From assembly GCA_040400945.1 (NCBI GenBank), contig JBBAPG010000011.1, positions 10,400 to 74,399 on the forward strand: a stretch of 64,000 nt of DNA, given 5' to 3'. Positions within the stretch are counted from its first letter, which is position 1; the number at the start of each line of letters is the position of its first letter. The notes below the pieces were generated by a model that was given only the letters and a program-made list of their open reading frames with translations, was not told the DNA's origin and did not search any database. Below, piece by piece: positions 41,625 to 50,843 of this stretch. The DNA is from Polaromonas sp. (GTDB taxonomy: Bacteria > Pseudomonadota > Gammaproteobacteria > Burkholderiales > Burkholderiaceae_C). The translations under genes were made by a program, and so were the position numbers.

Positions 41625-43832
41625 ATGAACACCATGCCCCAGCCATTCAAAGCCCTCGTCCCCCACATCCTCATCAGCGAAGTAGGCCCCCGCGACGGCT
41701 TGCAATCCGTCAAAGCCACCATGCCCACCGCCGACAAGCTGCGCTGGATCAGCGCGCTGCATGCGGCTGGCCTGCGTGAGATTGAGGTCGGCTCTTTTGT
41801 CCCTGCACACCTGCTGCCGCAGTTGGCTGACACGGCTGCTGTGGTGGCGCATGCGCGCACGCTGCCTGGCTTGCGGGTGATGGCGCTGGTGCCTAACTTG
41901 CGCGGTGCGCAGGCTGCTTGGGCGGCGGGGGTGCACAAGATCACGCTGCCGGTGTCTGCCAGCGCGGCGCATTCGCTGGCGAATGTGCGCAAGACGCGTG
42001 AGCAGATGGTGGCTGAGCTGCGTAGCGTGATGGACTGGCGGGCGAGTGTGGCGCCGGGCTTGGCGGTGGAAGTCGGTTTGTCCACCGCCTTTGGCTGCAC
42101 GCTGCAGGGCTTGGTGCCTGAAGACGAGGTGATCGCGCTCGCTGTGCAATGCGCCCAGGCGGGCGTTGACGAAGTCGGTTTGTCTGACACGGCGGGCCAT
42201 GCCAATCCGGCGCAGGTGCGGCGGCTCTTTAAGCGGCTGATGGCTGCACTGGGCAACAAGGCGGGTGCCGCGCACATGCACAACACGCGCGGCCTGGGCC
42301 TGGCCAATTGCCTGGCCGCTTATGAAGAAGGCGTGCGCACTTTTGATGCGTCGCTGGCCGGGCTGGGCGGCTGCCCTTATGCGCCGGGTGCGTCGGGCAA
42401 TGTGGTGACGGAAGACTTGGTGTTCATGTTCGAGGCCATGGGCGTGCGCACGGGCGTTGACCTGGAAAAGCTGTTGGCCGCACGCGCGCCGCTGGCCGCT
42501 GGCTTGCCGGGCGAGCCGCTGTACGGCATGACGGCGGAGGCGGGATTGCCCAAGGGCTGGGCGACAAGCGCGCAAGCAAACGACGGCGGGCAATCTGCGC
42601 CGCAAAGCACTGCAACCAAATCCCCCGCCACGCCACGCCGCCTCCCCTACGAAGGCCTGCGCGTGGTCGAGTTCACGCACATGGTCATGGGCCCGACCTG
42701 CGGCCTGGTGCTGGCCGACCTGGGCGCTGAAGTCATCAAGGTCGAGCCCATCGGCCATGGCCGTGAGGGCGATGGCACGCGCAAGCTGATTGGCTCGGGC
42801 GCGGGCTTTTACCCGCTGTTCAACCGCAACAAGAAAAGCCTGGCGCTGGACTTGCAAACGCCCGAAGGCCTGGCCGCCGTCAAAGCCTTGATCGCCACCG
42901 CTGACGTGGTGAGCGAGAACTTCAAGCCCGGCACCATGGCCAAGCTCGGCCTGGACTACGCCAGCCTCAAAGCCGACAACCCGCGCATGGTGTACGTGAG
43001 CCACAAGGGCTTTTTGCCGGGGCCGTACGACCACCGCACCGCGCTCGACGAAGTGGTGCAGATGATGGGTGGCTTGGCCTACATGACGGGCCGGCCCGGC
43101 GACCCGCTGCGCGCGGGCACCAGCGTGAACGACATCATGGGCGGCATGTTTGGCGCCATCGGCGTGATGGCCGCATTGGCCCAGCGCGACCACCCCACGC
43201 ACGGCACCGGCCTGGGCCAAGAGGTGCAAAGCGCGCTGTTTGAAAACAATGTCTTCCTCGTCGCGCAGCACATGATGCAGTTCGAAGTCACTGGCAAGGC
43301 CGCCGCGCCCATGCCGACGCGCATCTCGGCCTGGGGCGTGTACGACGTGTTCAAGGTCAAAGGCGACGAGCAGATCTTTTTGGCGGTGGTGACCGACACG
43401 GCCTGGGCGATTTTTTGTGAGGTGTTTGGCTTTGCTGACCTCAAAGCCGACGCACGCTTGCAAAGCAACAACGACCGCGTGCGTGCGCGGGACTGGTTGA
43501 TCCCGCTGCTGCGCGAGCGGCTGGCCACACGCAGCGCCAAGGAGCTTTCAGACCTGTTTGAAAAGAACGCGCTGCCTTACGCGCCCATCACCGCACCTGA
43601 CGCATTGCTGGACGACCCGCACTTGCTGGCCACGGGGGGCCTGGCGCCCATCACGCTGCCTGATGGCCGGCCGGGCAAGACGGTGCTGTTGCCCTTCACG
43701 CTGGGTGGCGCGCGGCCGGGGGTGCGCATGTCGGCGCCGCAACTGGGCGAGCACACGGCGGGCATTTTGCAAAGCCTGGGCTTTGACGACGCGGCCATTG
43801 CGGACCTCAAAGCGCGCGGCATCGCAAGGTAA
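41625..43832 (+). CDS. fusion protein: HMG-CoA lyase-like (HMGL/DRE-TIM) domain plus family III CoA-transferase (CaiB/BaiF) domain
   Basis: A single uninterrupted ORF (41517..43832). The N-terminal part is ISEVGPRDGLQS...EIEVGSFV...NTRGLGLANCLAAYEEG...GLGGCPYAPGASGN. A Ser/Ala/Pro-rich linker follows. The C-terminal part is GLRVVEFTHMVMGPTCGLVLADLGAEVIKVEP...FNRNKKS. The start could be the ATG at 41598, 41625 or 41634. Confidence 0.75.
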   Translation: MNTMPQPFKALVPHILISEVGPRDGLQSVKATMPTADKLRWISALHAAGLREIEVGSFVPAHLLPQLADTAAVVAHARTLPGLRVMALVPNLRGAQAAWAAGVHKITLPVSASAAHSLANVRKTREQMVAELRSVMDWRASVAPGLAVEVGLSTAFGCTLQGLVPEDEVIALAVQCAQAGVDEVGLSDTAGHANPAQVRRLFKRLMAALGNKAGAAHMHNTRGLGLANCLAAYEEGVRTFDASLAGLGGCPYAPGASGNVVTEDLVFMFEAMGVRTGVDLEKLLAARAPLAAGLPGEPLYGMTAEAGLPKGWATSAQANDGGQSAPQSTATKSPATPRRLPYEGLRVVEFTHMVMGPTCGLVLADLGAEVIKVEPIGHGREGDGTRKLIGSGAGFYPLFNRNKKSLALDLQTPEGLAAVKALIATADVVSENFKPGTMAKLGLDYASLKADNPRMVYVSHKGFLPGPYDHRTALDEVVQMMGGLAYMTGRPGDPLRAGTSVNDIMGGMFGAIGVMAALAQRDHPTHGTGLGQEVQSALFENNVFLVAQHMMQFEVTGKAAAPMPTRISAWGVYDVFKVKGDEQIFLAVVTDTAWAIFCEVFGFADLKADARLQSNNDRVRARDWLIPLLRERLATRSAKELSDLFEKNALPYAPITAPDALLDDPHLLATGGLAPITLPDGRPGKTVLLPFTLGGARPGVRMSAPQLGEHTAGILQSLGFDDAAIADLKARGIAR

Positions 43833-43930
43833 ATCAGGCCTGTAACCGCCTCTGCATCAGACTGTGTTGACTGTGTGAACTCACACGGTCACGCCACACT
43901 TTTTGAAAGCGCGACTCCTAGACTTTTGGG

Positions 43931-45316
43931 ATGTTGGCGTACATCGTCTTTTCTGCTTCTTTGATCTGCATGTGGGTCCTGTCCACCCGCGGGCTGGAGA
44001 AGGCTTTCTTGTGGGTATGGATTCCCTTCTTCTTGGGCATGCCCTTCAAGTTCTGGGTCAACATTCCGGGCCTGCCTGACCCGAACTTCATGCAGGCGGC
44101 GATCTTGCCGATCCTCTTTGTGCTGCTGCGTGACAAGCTGGGCCAGCTGCACTTTGGCCGCATGGAATTTTTGCTGGTCTGCTACGTGGTCTGGCGGGTG
44201 TTTTGCGACTTTCTGGGGCGCGGCTATTCAGACGCCCAGAACTACGCCTTCTTCATGCTGTCGGCGCTGATCGGCCCCTACTTGCTGGGCCGCTACGTCA
44301 TCACCAGCCGGCGCATGGACATCGAGACATCGCGCATGTTTGTGCTGATGTTCCTGATCTTTTTCCCGCCGTTCATCTATGAAATCAAGATGTGGGTCAG
44401 CCCGATCTATCAGCTGTTTTCGCCGTTTTTTCCGGGCACCTTCAGCGCGATATCGGTGCGCTGGGGCATGGCGCGCACCTTTGGCACGTTTGAGCATCCC
44501 ATCCTGGCGTGCCTGATCATCATCGCGGTGTACAGGCTGCATCGCTGGCTGAGCTGGATGGGCGCGTGGGACCAGCCGCAGACCGGCTTGCTGGGCTGGA
44601 TCGAAAGGCAAGGCAAGCGCTTTCCCTTCGCCTTCAAGCACCAGATCAGCCTCGTTTTGATATTGATGGCGGCCATGACCATGTCACGCGGGCCGTGGAT
44701 AGGCGGCTTCACGGGGGCGGCGCTGGTGATGGTTGGCAACGTCAAGAACCGCCGCAAGTGGCTGGCTGTGCTGGCGCTGGCGCTGGTGCTGGGCGGCCTG
44801 GGCGGCAAGGCTGCGCTGGACGCCTACATCACCCCCAACGAGGGCCAGGAACTGAGCGAAGAAGCGAACACCATGCTGTACCGCAAGGTCATGCTCGAAC
44901 GCTATGACAACTACCTGCAAGAAAAGCTCTGGGAAGGCTGGGGCCTGACGACGGTGCCCAAGGTCGAGGGCATGGAATCGGTGGACAACGCCTTCTTTTT
45001 GATGGCGCTGCAACACGGCGTGATTGCGCCGGTCATCTTTGGTTTGATCTTTATTTACGCCATCGTCTCGCAGCTCAAGTTCGGCCTGCAGGCGCCGCCG
45101 GGGGAGCCGCCCATCAGCTTTACCTTTGCGGGCATTTACCTGGTGTGTCTGGTGGCCTTCACCACCGTCTACATGGGCTCGCAGACGGAGCCCTTGATCT
45201 TTTTACTGCTGGGCTGGGGCGAGAGCATCAAGCGCAGGCAAGAACGCACCGTCACGACCGCAGGCGCTGCGCCCGTGCAGGTGCCGCGCCAAGCTTTTCA
45301 GCGGCTCCTGACCTGA
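43931..45316 (+). CDS. O-antigen ligase/polymerase (Wzy_C) family membrane protein
   Basis: 461-aa polytopic protein. It has a Wzy_C-like loop (...MTMSRGPWIGGFTGAALVMV...). Confidence 0.55.
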   Translation: MLAYIVFSASLICMWVLSTRGLEKAFLWVWIPFFLGMPFKFWVNIPGLPDPNFMQAAILPILFVLLRDKLGQLHFGRMEFLLVCYVVWRVFCDFLGRGYSDAQNYAFFMLSALIGPYLLGRYVITSRRMDIETSRMFVLMFLIFFPPFIYEIKMWVSPIYQLFSPFFPGTFSAISVRWGMARTFGTFEHPILACLIIIAVYRLHRWLSWMGAWDQPQTGLLGWIERQGKRFPFAFKHQISLVLILMAAMTMSRGPWIGGFTGAALVMVGNVKNRRKWLAVLALALVLGGLGGKAALDAYITPNEGQELSEEANTMLYRKVMLERYDNYLQEKLWEGWGLTTVPKVEGMESVDNAFFLMALQHGVIAPVIFGLIFIYAIVSQLKFGLQAPPGEPPISFTFAGIYLVCLVAFTTVYMGSQTEPLIFLLLGWGESIKRRQERTVTTAGAAPVQVPRQAFQRLLT

Positions 45317-45330
45317 GCAGCCCTCCTACT

Positions 45331-46488
45331 ATGACCACCCATCCCACGCCCACCATCGCGCCCTTTGCTCAGCCAGGCGCGAATCATTTGCCCACGCTGG
45401 ACGGCTGGCGCGCCATTGCGATTGGCTTGGTGCTTTTTTCGCATGGGCTGGACGGTTTCACGACTGGCCTGACGCACACGTGGCCTGCGCTCAAGCTGCT
45501 GGGCCTTTTGGGCGTGCAGATCTTTTTTGGCTTGAGCGGCTTTCTCATCACAAACCGCCTGCTGGCCGAAGAAGCTCGGCACGGCCGCATCAGTTTGCCG
45601 GGCTTTTACTGGCGGCGCAGTTTTCGTATCTTGCCTGCGGCTTTGGTGTTTCTGTCTGTGGTGGGCGTGTTGGCCACACTGGGCATGGTGCCCGTGAGCG
45701 CCGAGCGCTGGCTGGCTACGCTGCTGTTCACGGCCAACTACAGCCATGCTGAGCCCAGTTGGTACCTGGCGCATTTTTGGTCCTTGGCGGTCGAAGAACA
45801 TTTCTACCTGGTGTGGCCCGCCGTGTTCCTCGCTTTGCCGGCGCTGCGCAGGCGCTGCCTGCTGGTGCTGGCGGCCGCACTTGCCGTGACGCTGTGGCGC
45901 GTACTGGCCTTCAAGTTTCAACTGACCAGCGATTCGCCCGCGCAGTTCTGGGGCCGCACGGATATTCAGGCTGACGCCTTGCTGTGGGGTGTGTTGCTGG
46001 CGCTGGCCTGGGACGCGCCGGGCATGCGCCACTTTTTACGCGGCCTGCTCACGCACAGCGCCGCAGTGCCTTTGCTGCTGCTGACGCTCGCCGGCTTGCA
46101 GTGCCTGCCCACCCTGGACTGGAAGCTGGCCCTGCCGCTCATCACGCTCAAGGCTGTGCTGATTCCGCTGGCCTTGCTGGCCACGCAACTGCAGTCGCAA
46201 GGTCGCGTGGGCCGGCTGCTTGAAAGCCGTGCCTTCGTCGTTGTGGGGCGGCTGTCGTACAGCCTGTACCTGTGGCAGCAACTCTTTTTGGTGTGGGACG
46301 GCAAGCATGTGCCGGCGCTGGCCGGGCTGCAACACATGCCCTGGAACTGGCTGGCCTTGCTGGCCTGCGCAGCCCTGAGCTACCGATTCATTGAACAGCC
46401 CATGATCGCGCTGGGCCACCGCTGGCAGCAGCGGCGGCGGAAGGTGACCCGCGCGACAAGCGCTCGCGACATCGCTCTGGGGTCTTAA
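45331..46488 (+). CDS. acyltransferase family 3 (OafA/YrhL-like) membrane protein
   Basis: Lies within ORF 45145..46488, with the ATG at 45331 as start. Motifs are LPTLDGWRAIAIGLVLFSH, FFGLSGFLI and HFWSLAVEEHFY. Confidence 0.8.
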   Translation: MTTHPTPTIAPFAQPGANHLPTLDGWRAIAIGLVLFSHGLDGFTTGLTHTWPALKLLGLLGVQIFFGLSGFLITNRLLAEEARHGRISLPGFYWRRSFRILPAALVFLSVVGVLATLGMVPVSAERWLATLLFTANYSHAEPSWYLAHFWSLAVEEHFYLVWPAVFLALPALRRRCLLVLAAALAVTLWRVLAFKFQLTSDSPAQFWGRTDIQADALLWGVLLALAWDAPGMRHFLRGLLTHSAAVPLLLLTLAGLQCLPTLDWKLALPLITLKAVLIPLALLATQLQSQGRVGRLLESRAFVVVGRLSYSLYLWQQLFLVWDGKHVPALAGLQHMPWNWLALLACAALSYRFIEQPMIALGHRWQQRRRKVTRATSARDIALGS

Positions 46489-49400
46489 ACCGGAGGCACT
46501 GAAGGCTCGGCCGCAGGACGTTTCCCGCTTCCGCCCAGCTTGCTCTTGATGCGCCCGAAAAAGTGCTCCAGGTCGTCGATGTAAGTGAACACCGCGGGCA
46601 CCACCAAAAGGCTGAGCACGGTGGACGTGATCAAACCGCCGATCACCGCCACCGCCATGGGCGAGCGAAAGCTGGGGTCTGCCGCGCCAAAGCCGATGGC
46701 AATGGGCAGCATGCCTGCGCCCATGGCCAGCGTGGTCATGATGATGGGGCGGGCGCGCTTGTGGCAGGCGTCCAGCAGGGCGTCGCGTCGGCTCAGGCCA
46801 TGGTCACGCCGCGCCACGATGGCGTACTCCACCAGCAAGATCGAGTTCTTGGTCGCAATGCCCATGAGCATGATCAAGCCGATCAAGGACGGCATGGAAA
46901 AGCTCTTTTGCGCAATCAAGAGGCCGACGAAAGCGCCGCCCAGCGACAGCGGCAGCGCCGCCAAAATCGTGACCGGGTGCAGGAAGTCTTTGAACAGCAG
47001 CACCAGCACGATGTAGATGCACAGCACGCCCGTGAGCATGGCCAGGCCAAAGCTGGCAAAGAGCTCGCCCATCACTTCCGCGTCGCCAATCTCCACCACC
47101 TTCACGCCCGGTGGCAGGTTCTTGATGGCAGGCAGGTCTTGCACCAGGCGCGTCACGTCGCCCAGCGGCATGCCTGAAAGTTCGATCTCGAAGTTGACGT
47201 TGCGCGAGCGGTCATAACGGTCAATCAGCGCCGGGCCGGCGGCCACTTCCAGCGTGGCGACTTGACCCAGCATGACGGGCGCACCTTTGAGGCTGGGCAC
47301 TGCCAAGCGTTCCAGCACGCTCAGGTCTTGGCGCGCGGCATCGGCCAGCCTGACGACGATGGGGACTTGCCGCTCGGGCAGGTTGAGCTTGGCCAGCCCA
47401 ATGTCGTAGTCACCCAGCGTGGCGATGCGCAGCGTCTCGCCAATGACGGCGCTGGTCACGCCCAGGTCAGCGGCGCGCGCAAAGTTGGGGCGAACCGCAA
47501 TCTCGGGCCGCGTGAGGCTGGCGCTTGACGCCACATTGCCCAGGCCGGGAATGGTGCGAATGTCGCGCTCCACCGCGCGCGCGGCGCTTTGCAAGGCCAG
47601 CGGGTCTTCACCCGTGAGCACCAGCACGTATTTTTCGCCCGAGCCACCCAGGCCCACCTTGCTGCGCACGCCGGGCAACTGCTCCAGCTCTTTGCGCATG
47701 AGGTTTTCAATGCCTTGTTTGCGCGGGCGTTCACTGCGCGGCGCCAGCAACACCGTGAGCGTGGCCTTGCGCGCCTCAGCCGCGCCGCTCATGGCAAAGG
47801 GGTCGGTGCCGGCGCTGCCGCCGCCAATGGTGGTGTACACGTTGCGCACATGCGCCACCCGGCTGACCAGCACGCGCGCTTGCTCAGCCGCCACCAGGCT
47901 TTGGGCCAGCGTGGAGCCGGGTGGCAGTTCCAGATAAACCTGCGTTTGCGAGTTGTCGTCAGGCGGAATAAAACCGGTGGGCAAAAGTGGAATCAAGGCG
48001 ATGGAGCCAAAGAAGAAGAGCGTCGCGCCCACCATGGTCAGCACGCGATGCTTGAGGCACCAGGTGGCCATGCGCAGGTAGCGCTTCATCCAGCTCGGGT
48101 CTTCATGCGCGGTGACGATGGGCTTCAGGATGTACGCCGCCATCATGGGCGTGAGCGCGCGTGCCACGATGAGCGAGGCGAACACGGCGAGTGACGCCGT
48201 CCAGCCAAATTGCTTGAAGAACTTGCCGGCCACGCCACTCATGAAAGCCGTGGGCAAAAACACCGCAATCAACGTGAAGGTGGTGGCCACCACGGCCAGG
48301 CCGATTTCGTCGGCCGCTTCCATCGCGGCTTGATAGGGCGTCTTGCCCATGCGCAAGTGCCGCACGATGTTTTCGACCTCGACAATCGCGTCGTCCACCA
48401 AGATACCGATGACCAGCGACAGCGCCAAGAGCGTGACCACGTTGATGGAAAAGCCCAGCGAGTACATACCAATGAAAGCCGGAATGACCGACAGCGGCAG
48501 CGCCACGGCCGAGACCAAAGTCGCCCGCCAGTCGCGCAAGAAAATCCACACCACGATCACCGCCAGGATGGCACCTTCGTACAGCAGCTTGAGCGAGCCG
48601 TCGTATTCCTCGCGCACCGGTTCGACAAAGTTGAAGGACTCCTTGAGCACCAAGTCGGGGTGCTGCGCTTGCAATTCTTTGAGCGCCACTTGCACCGCGT
48701 CGCCCACCACCACTTCGCTTTCGCCGCGGCTGCGCGCCACTTCAAAGCCAACCACGGGCTTGCCGTCAAAAAGCGCAGCGGATCGTGCCTCGGCTGTGGT
48801 GTCGCTGACGCTGGCCACTTGGTCCAGCCGGATGCGGCGGCCGTCGCCGAGTGAGAGTTCAAGCTGCGCCAGCTCTTGCGCTGACTTGACGGTGGCCAGC
48901 GTGCGCACGGGTTGCTCGCCGCCGCCCAGGTCGGCGCGGCCGCCTGCGCTTTCGGCCTGCACCTGGCGCAACTGGCGCGAGATGTCAGCGGCTGTGGCGC
49001 CCAGCGCCTGCAGCTTGGCCGGGTCGATGGCGACGCGCACTTCGCGGTCCACGCCGCCCACGCGGTTGACCGCGCCCACGCCGCGCACAGCCAGCAGCTT
49101 GCGCGAGACTTCGTTGTCCACAAACCAGGACAGGGCCGCGGCGTCCATGCGCGGCGAGGCGATGGTGAAAGCCAGCACCGGCTGGCCCGCCAAGTCCACC
49201 TTGCTCACGATGGGGTCGCGTACGTCACCGGGCAAATCGGACCGCACGCGGGCCACGGCGGAGCGCACGTCGTCCACCGCTTCTTGCACTGGCTTTTCCA
49301 GGCGGAACTCGGCCGTGATGGTCACGCCGCCGTCTTGCACCTTGGTGTAGATGTGCTTGAGGCCTTGCACCGTGGCAATCGAGTTCTCTAACTTGCGGGC

Positions 49401-49589
49401 GACTTCAGTTTCAAGCTGCGCGGGCGCGGCACCCGGCAGCGAGGTGGACACGCTCACCGTGGGCAAATCAATGTCCGGAAAGTTCTGCACCTTCATGGCC
49501 TTGAAGGACAGCAGGCCGCCAAAGCTCAGCAGCACAAACAGCATCACCGCCGGAATGGGGTTCTTGATCGACCAGGTGGAGACGTTCAT
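46485..49589 (-). CDS. efflux RND transporter permease subunit (AcrB/HAE family)
   Basis: 1034 aa. The N-terminus is MNVSTWSIKNPIPAVMLFVLL. There are 12 TM segments and two large periplasmic loops. Confidence 0.9.
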   Translation of the reverse strand: MNVSTWSIKNPIPAVMLFVLLSFGGLLSFKAMKVQNFPDIDLPTVSVSTSLPGAAPAQLETEVARKLENSIATVQGLKHIYTKVQDGGVTITAEFRLEKPVQEAVDDVRSAVARVRSDLPGDVRDPIVSKVDLAGQPVLAFTIASPRMDAAALSWFVDNEVSRKLLAVRGVGAVNRVGGVDREVRVAIDPAKLQALGATAADISRQLRQVQAESAGGRADLGGGEQPVRTLATVKSAQELAQLELSLGDGRRIRLDQVASVSDTTAEARSAALFDGKPVVGFEVARSRGESEVVVGDAVQVALKELQAQHPDLVLKESFNFVEPVREEYDGSLKLLYEGAILAVIVVWIFLRDWRATLVSAVALPLSVIPAFIGMYSLGFSINVVTLLALSLVIGILVDDAIVEVENIVRHLRMGKTPYQAAMEAADEIGLAVVATTFTLIAVFLPTAFMSGVAGKFFKQFGWTASLAVFASLIVARALTPMMAAYILKPIVTAHEDPSWMKRYLRMATWCLKHRVLTMVGATLFFFGSIALIPLLPTGFIPPDDNSQTQVYLELPPGSTLAQSLVAAEQARVLVSRVAHVRNVYTTIGGGSAGTDPFAMSGAAEARKATLTVLLAPRSERPRKQGIENLMRKELEQLPGVRSKVGLGGSGEKYVLVLTGEDPLALQSAARAVERDIRTIPGLGNVASSASLTRPEIAVRPNFARAADLGVTSAVIGETLRIATLGDYDIGLAKLNLPERQVPIVVRLADAARQDLSVLERLAVPSLKGAPVMLGQVATLEVAAGPALIDRYDRSRNVNFEIELSGMPLGDVTRLVQDLPAIKNLPPGVKVVEIGDAEVMGELFASFGLAMLTGVLCIYIVLVLLFKDFLHPVTILAALPLSLGGAFVGLLIAQKSFSMPSLIGLIMLMGIATKNSILLVEYAIVARRDHGLSRRDALLDACHKRARPIIMTTLAMGAGMLPIAIGFGAADPSFRSPMAVAVIGGLITSTVLSLLVVPAVFTYIDDLEHFFGRIKSKLGGSGKRPAAEPSVPPV

Positions 49590-50785
49590 GGCTTGGCGCC
49601 CTCTGCAGCTGCAGCCGTCGCATCCACCACGCGCACCAGATCACCGTCATTCAAAAAGCCTGCGCCATTGACGACGACTGAAGCCTCGGGCGCCAGCCCC
49701 GACAGCAGCTCGACGCGCTCGCCCACCAGACGGCCGGTCTGCACCTTGACCTGACGCACGCGCTGGTCAGCTTGCAACTCGAACACGAAATTGAAACCGT
49801 CACGCACCACCAGCGCACGCTGCGGCACCAGCAGGGCCTGCGACTGGCCGATCTCGAATTCACCGCGTGCAAACATGCCGGGGCGCGCGCCGCCGGCCGA
49901 GGTGCTGTTGGCCGTCATGGCCGGTAAATCCACGTACACCAGCGCGTTGCGGGTTTGCGGGTCCACCGTGGGCGCGATCATGCGCACGCGGCCTGTCAAC
50001 TCAGCGCCGCCCGCCGCTTGCACATTGACGGGCGTGCCCGGCTTGAGCCGCGCGATTTCGGCTGAAGTCACTTCAGCCCGCCACTCGAGCCGGCCCTGGC
50101 GGATCAGGCGAAACAACTCCGTGCCGCCAGCTACCACCGAGCCCACGGTGGCCGTGCGCGCCGAGATCACGCCACTGTCTGGCGCCAGCACCTGGGTGTG
50201 TTTGCCGCGCAACTGCTGGGCCTCCAGCATGGCCTGGGCCGCTTCCACGCGGGCCTGCGCGGTTTGCGCGGCCGTCAGCAATTGGTTGATCTGCTGCGTG
50301 CTCAAGGCGCCCGAGCTTTGCAGGCTGCGCGCGCGCTCGGCGTTGGCCGCAGCGTCGGCCGCTGTGGCCTTGGCTTCCAGCAGCCCGGCACGCGCCTGGG
50401 CCACATCGGCCTGCACAGACTCAGGCGCAAAGCTGGCCAGCACCTGGCCGGCCTGCACGCGGTCGCCCACGCCGGCTTGCACCTGCGTCAGGCGCAAGCC
50501 GCTGGCTTCGCTGCCAATGATGGCTTCTTGCCAGGCCGCAATGTTGCCGTTGGCGGCGAGCTTGATGGGCACCGTGGCGCGCTCAGGCTTGGCCACAGAG
50601 ACAGTGAGTGCAGGGCGTGCGCCCGCAGCCGGTGCAGTGCCCGCGGTGGGCGCCGTGGCCGTGGTGCCCGCGCCAGCAGCCGGAGCGGTCTGCTTGCCAC
50701 GCAGCGACCACACGCCGACGCCAAGGGCCACCAGCAAGACGGCCGCGATGGCCAGCGGAATGGGTTTGAGCAAAGAGTTTTTCAT
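49586..50785 (-). CDS. efflux RND transporter periplasmic adaptor (membrane fusion protein)
   Basis: 399 aa with HlyD-like coiled-coil and beta-barrel segments. There is a 4-nt overlap with the RND permease gene. Confidence 0.85.
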   Translation of the reverse strand: MKNSLLKPIPLAIAAVLLVALGVGVWSLRGKQTAPAAGAGTTATAPTAGTAPAAGARPALTVSVAKPERATVPIKLAANGNIAAWQEAIIGSEASGLRLTQVQAGVGDRVQAGQVLASFAPESVQADVAQARAGLLEAKATAADAAANAERARSLQSSGALSTQQINQLLTAAQTAQARVEAAQAMLEAQQLRGKHTQVLAPDSGVISARTATVGSVVAGGTELFRLIRQGRLEWRAEVTSAEIARLKPGTPVNVQAAGGAELTGRVRMIAPTVDPQTRNALVYVDLPAMTANSTSAGGARPGMFARGEFEIGQSQALLVPQRALVVRDGFNFVFELQADQRVRQVKVQTGRLVGERVELLSGLAPEASVVVNGAGFLNDGDLVRVVDATAAAAEGAKP

Positions 50786-50843
50786 GGCGATGTCGGATAA
50801 AGCGATGTCTGTTGAGGCGATGTCAGTGGGTCAGCAAGCGAGA

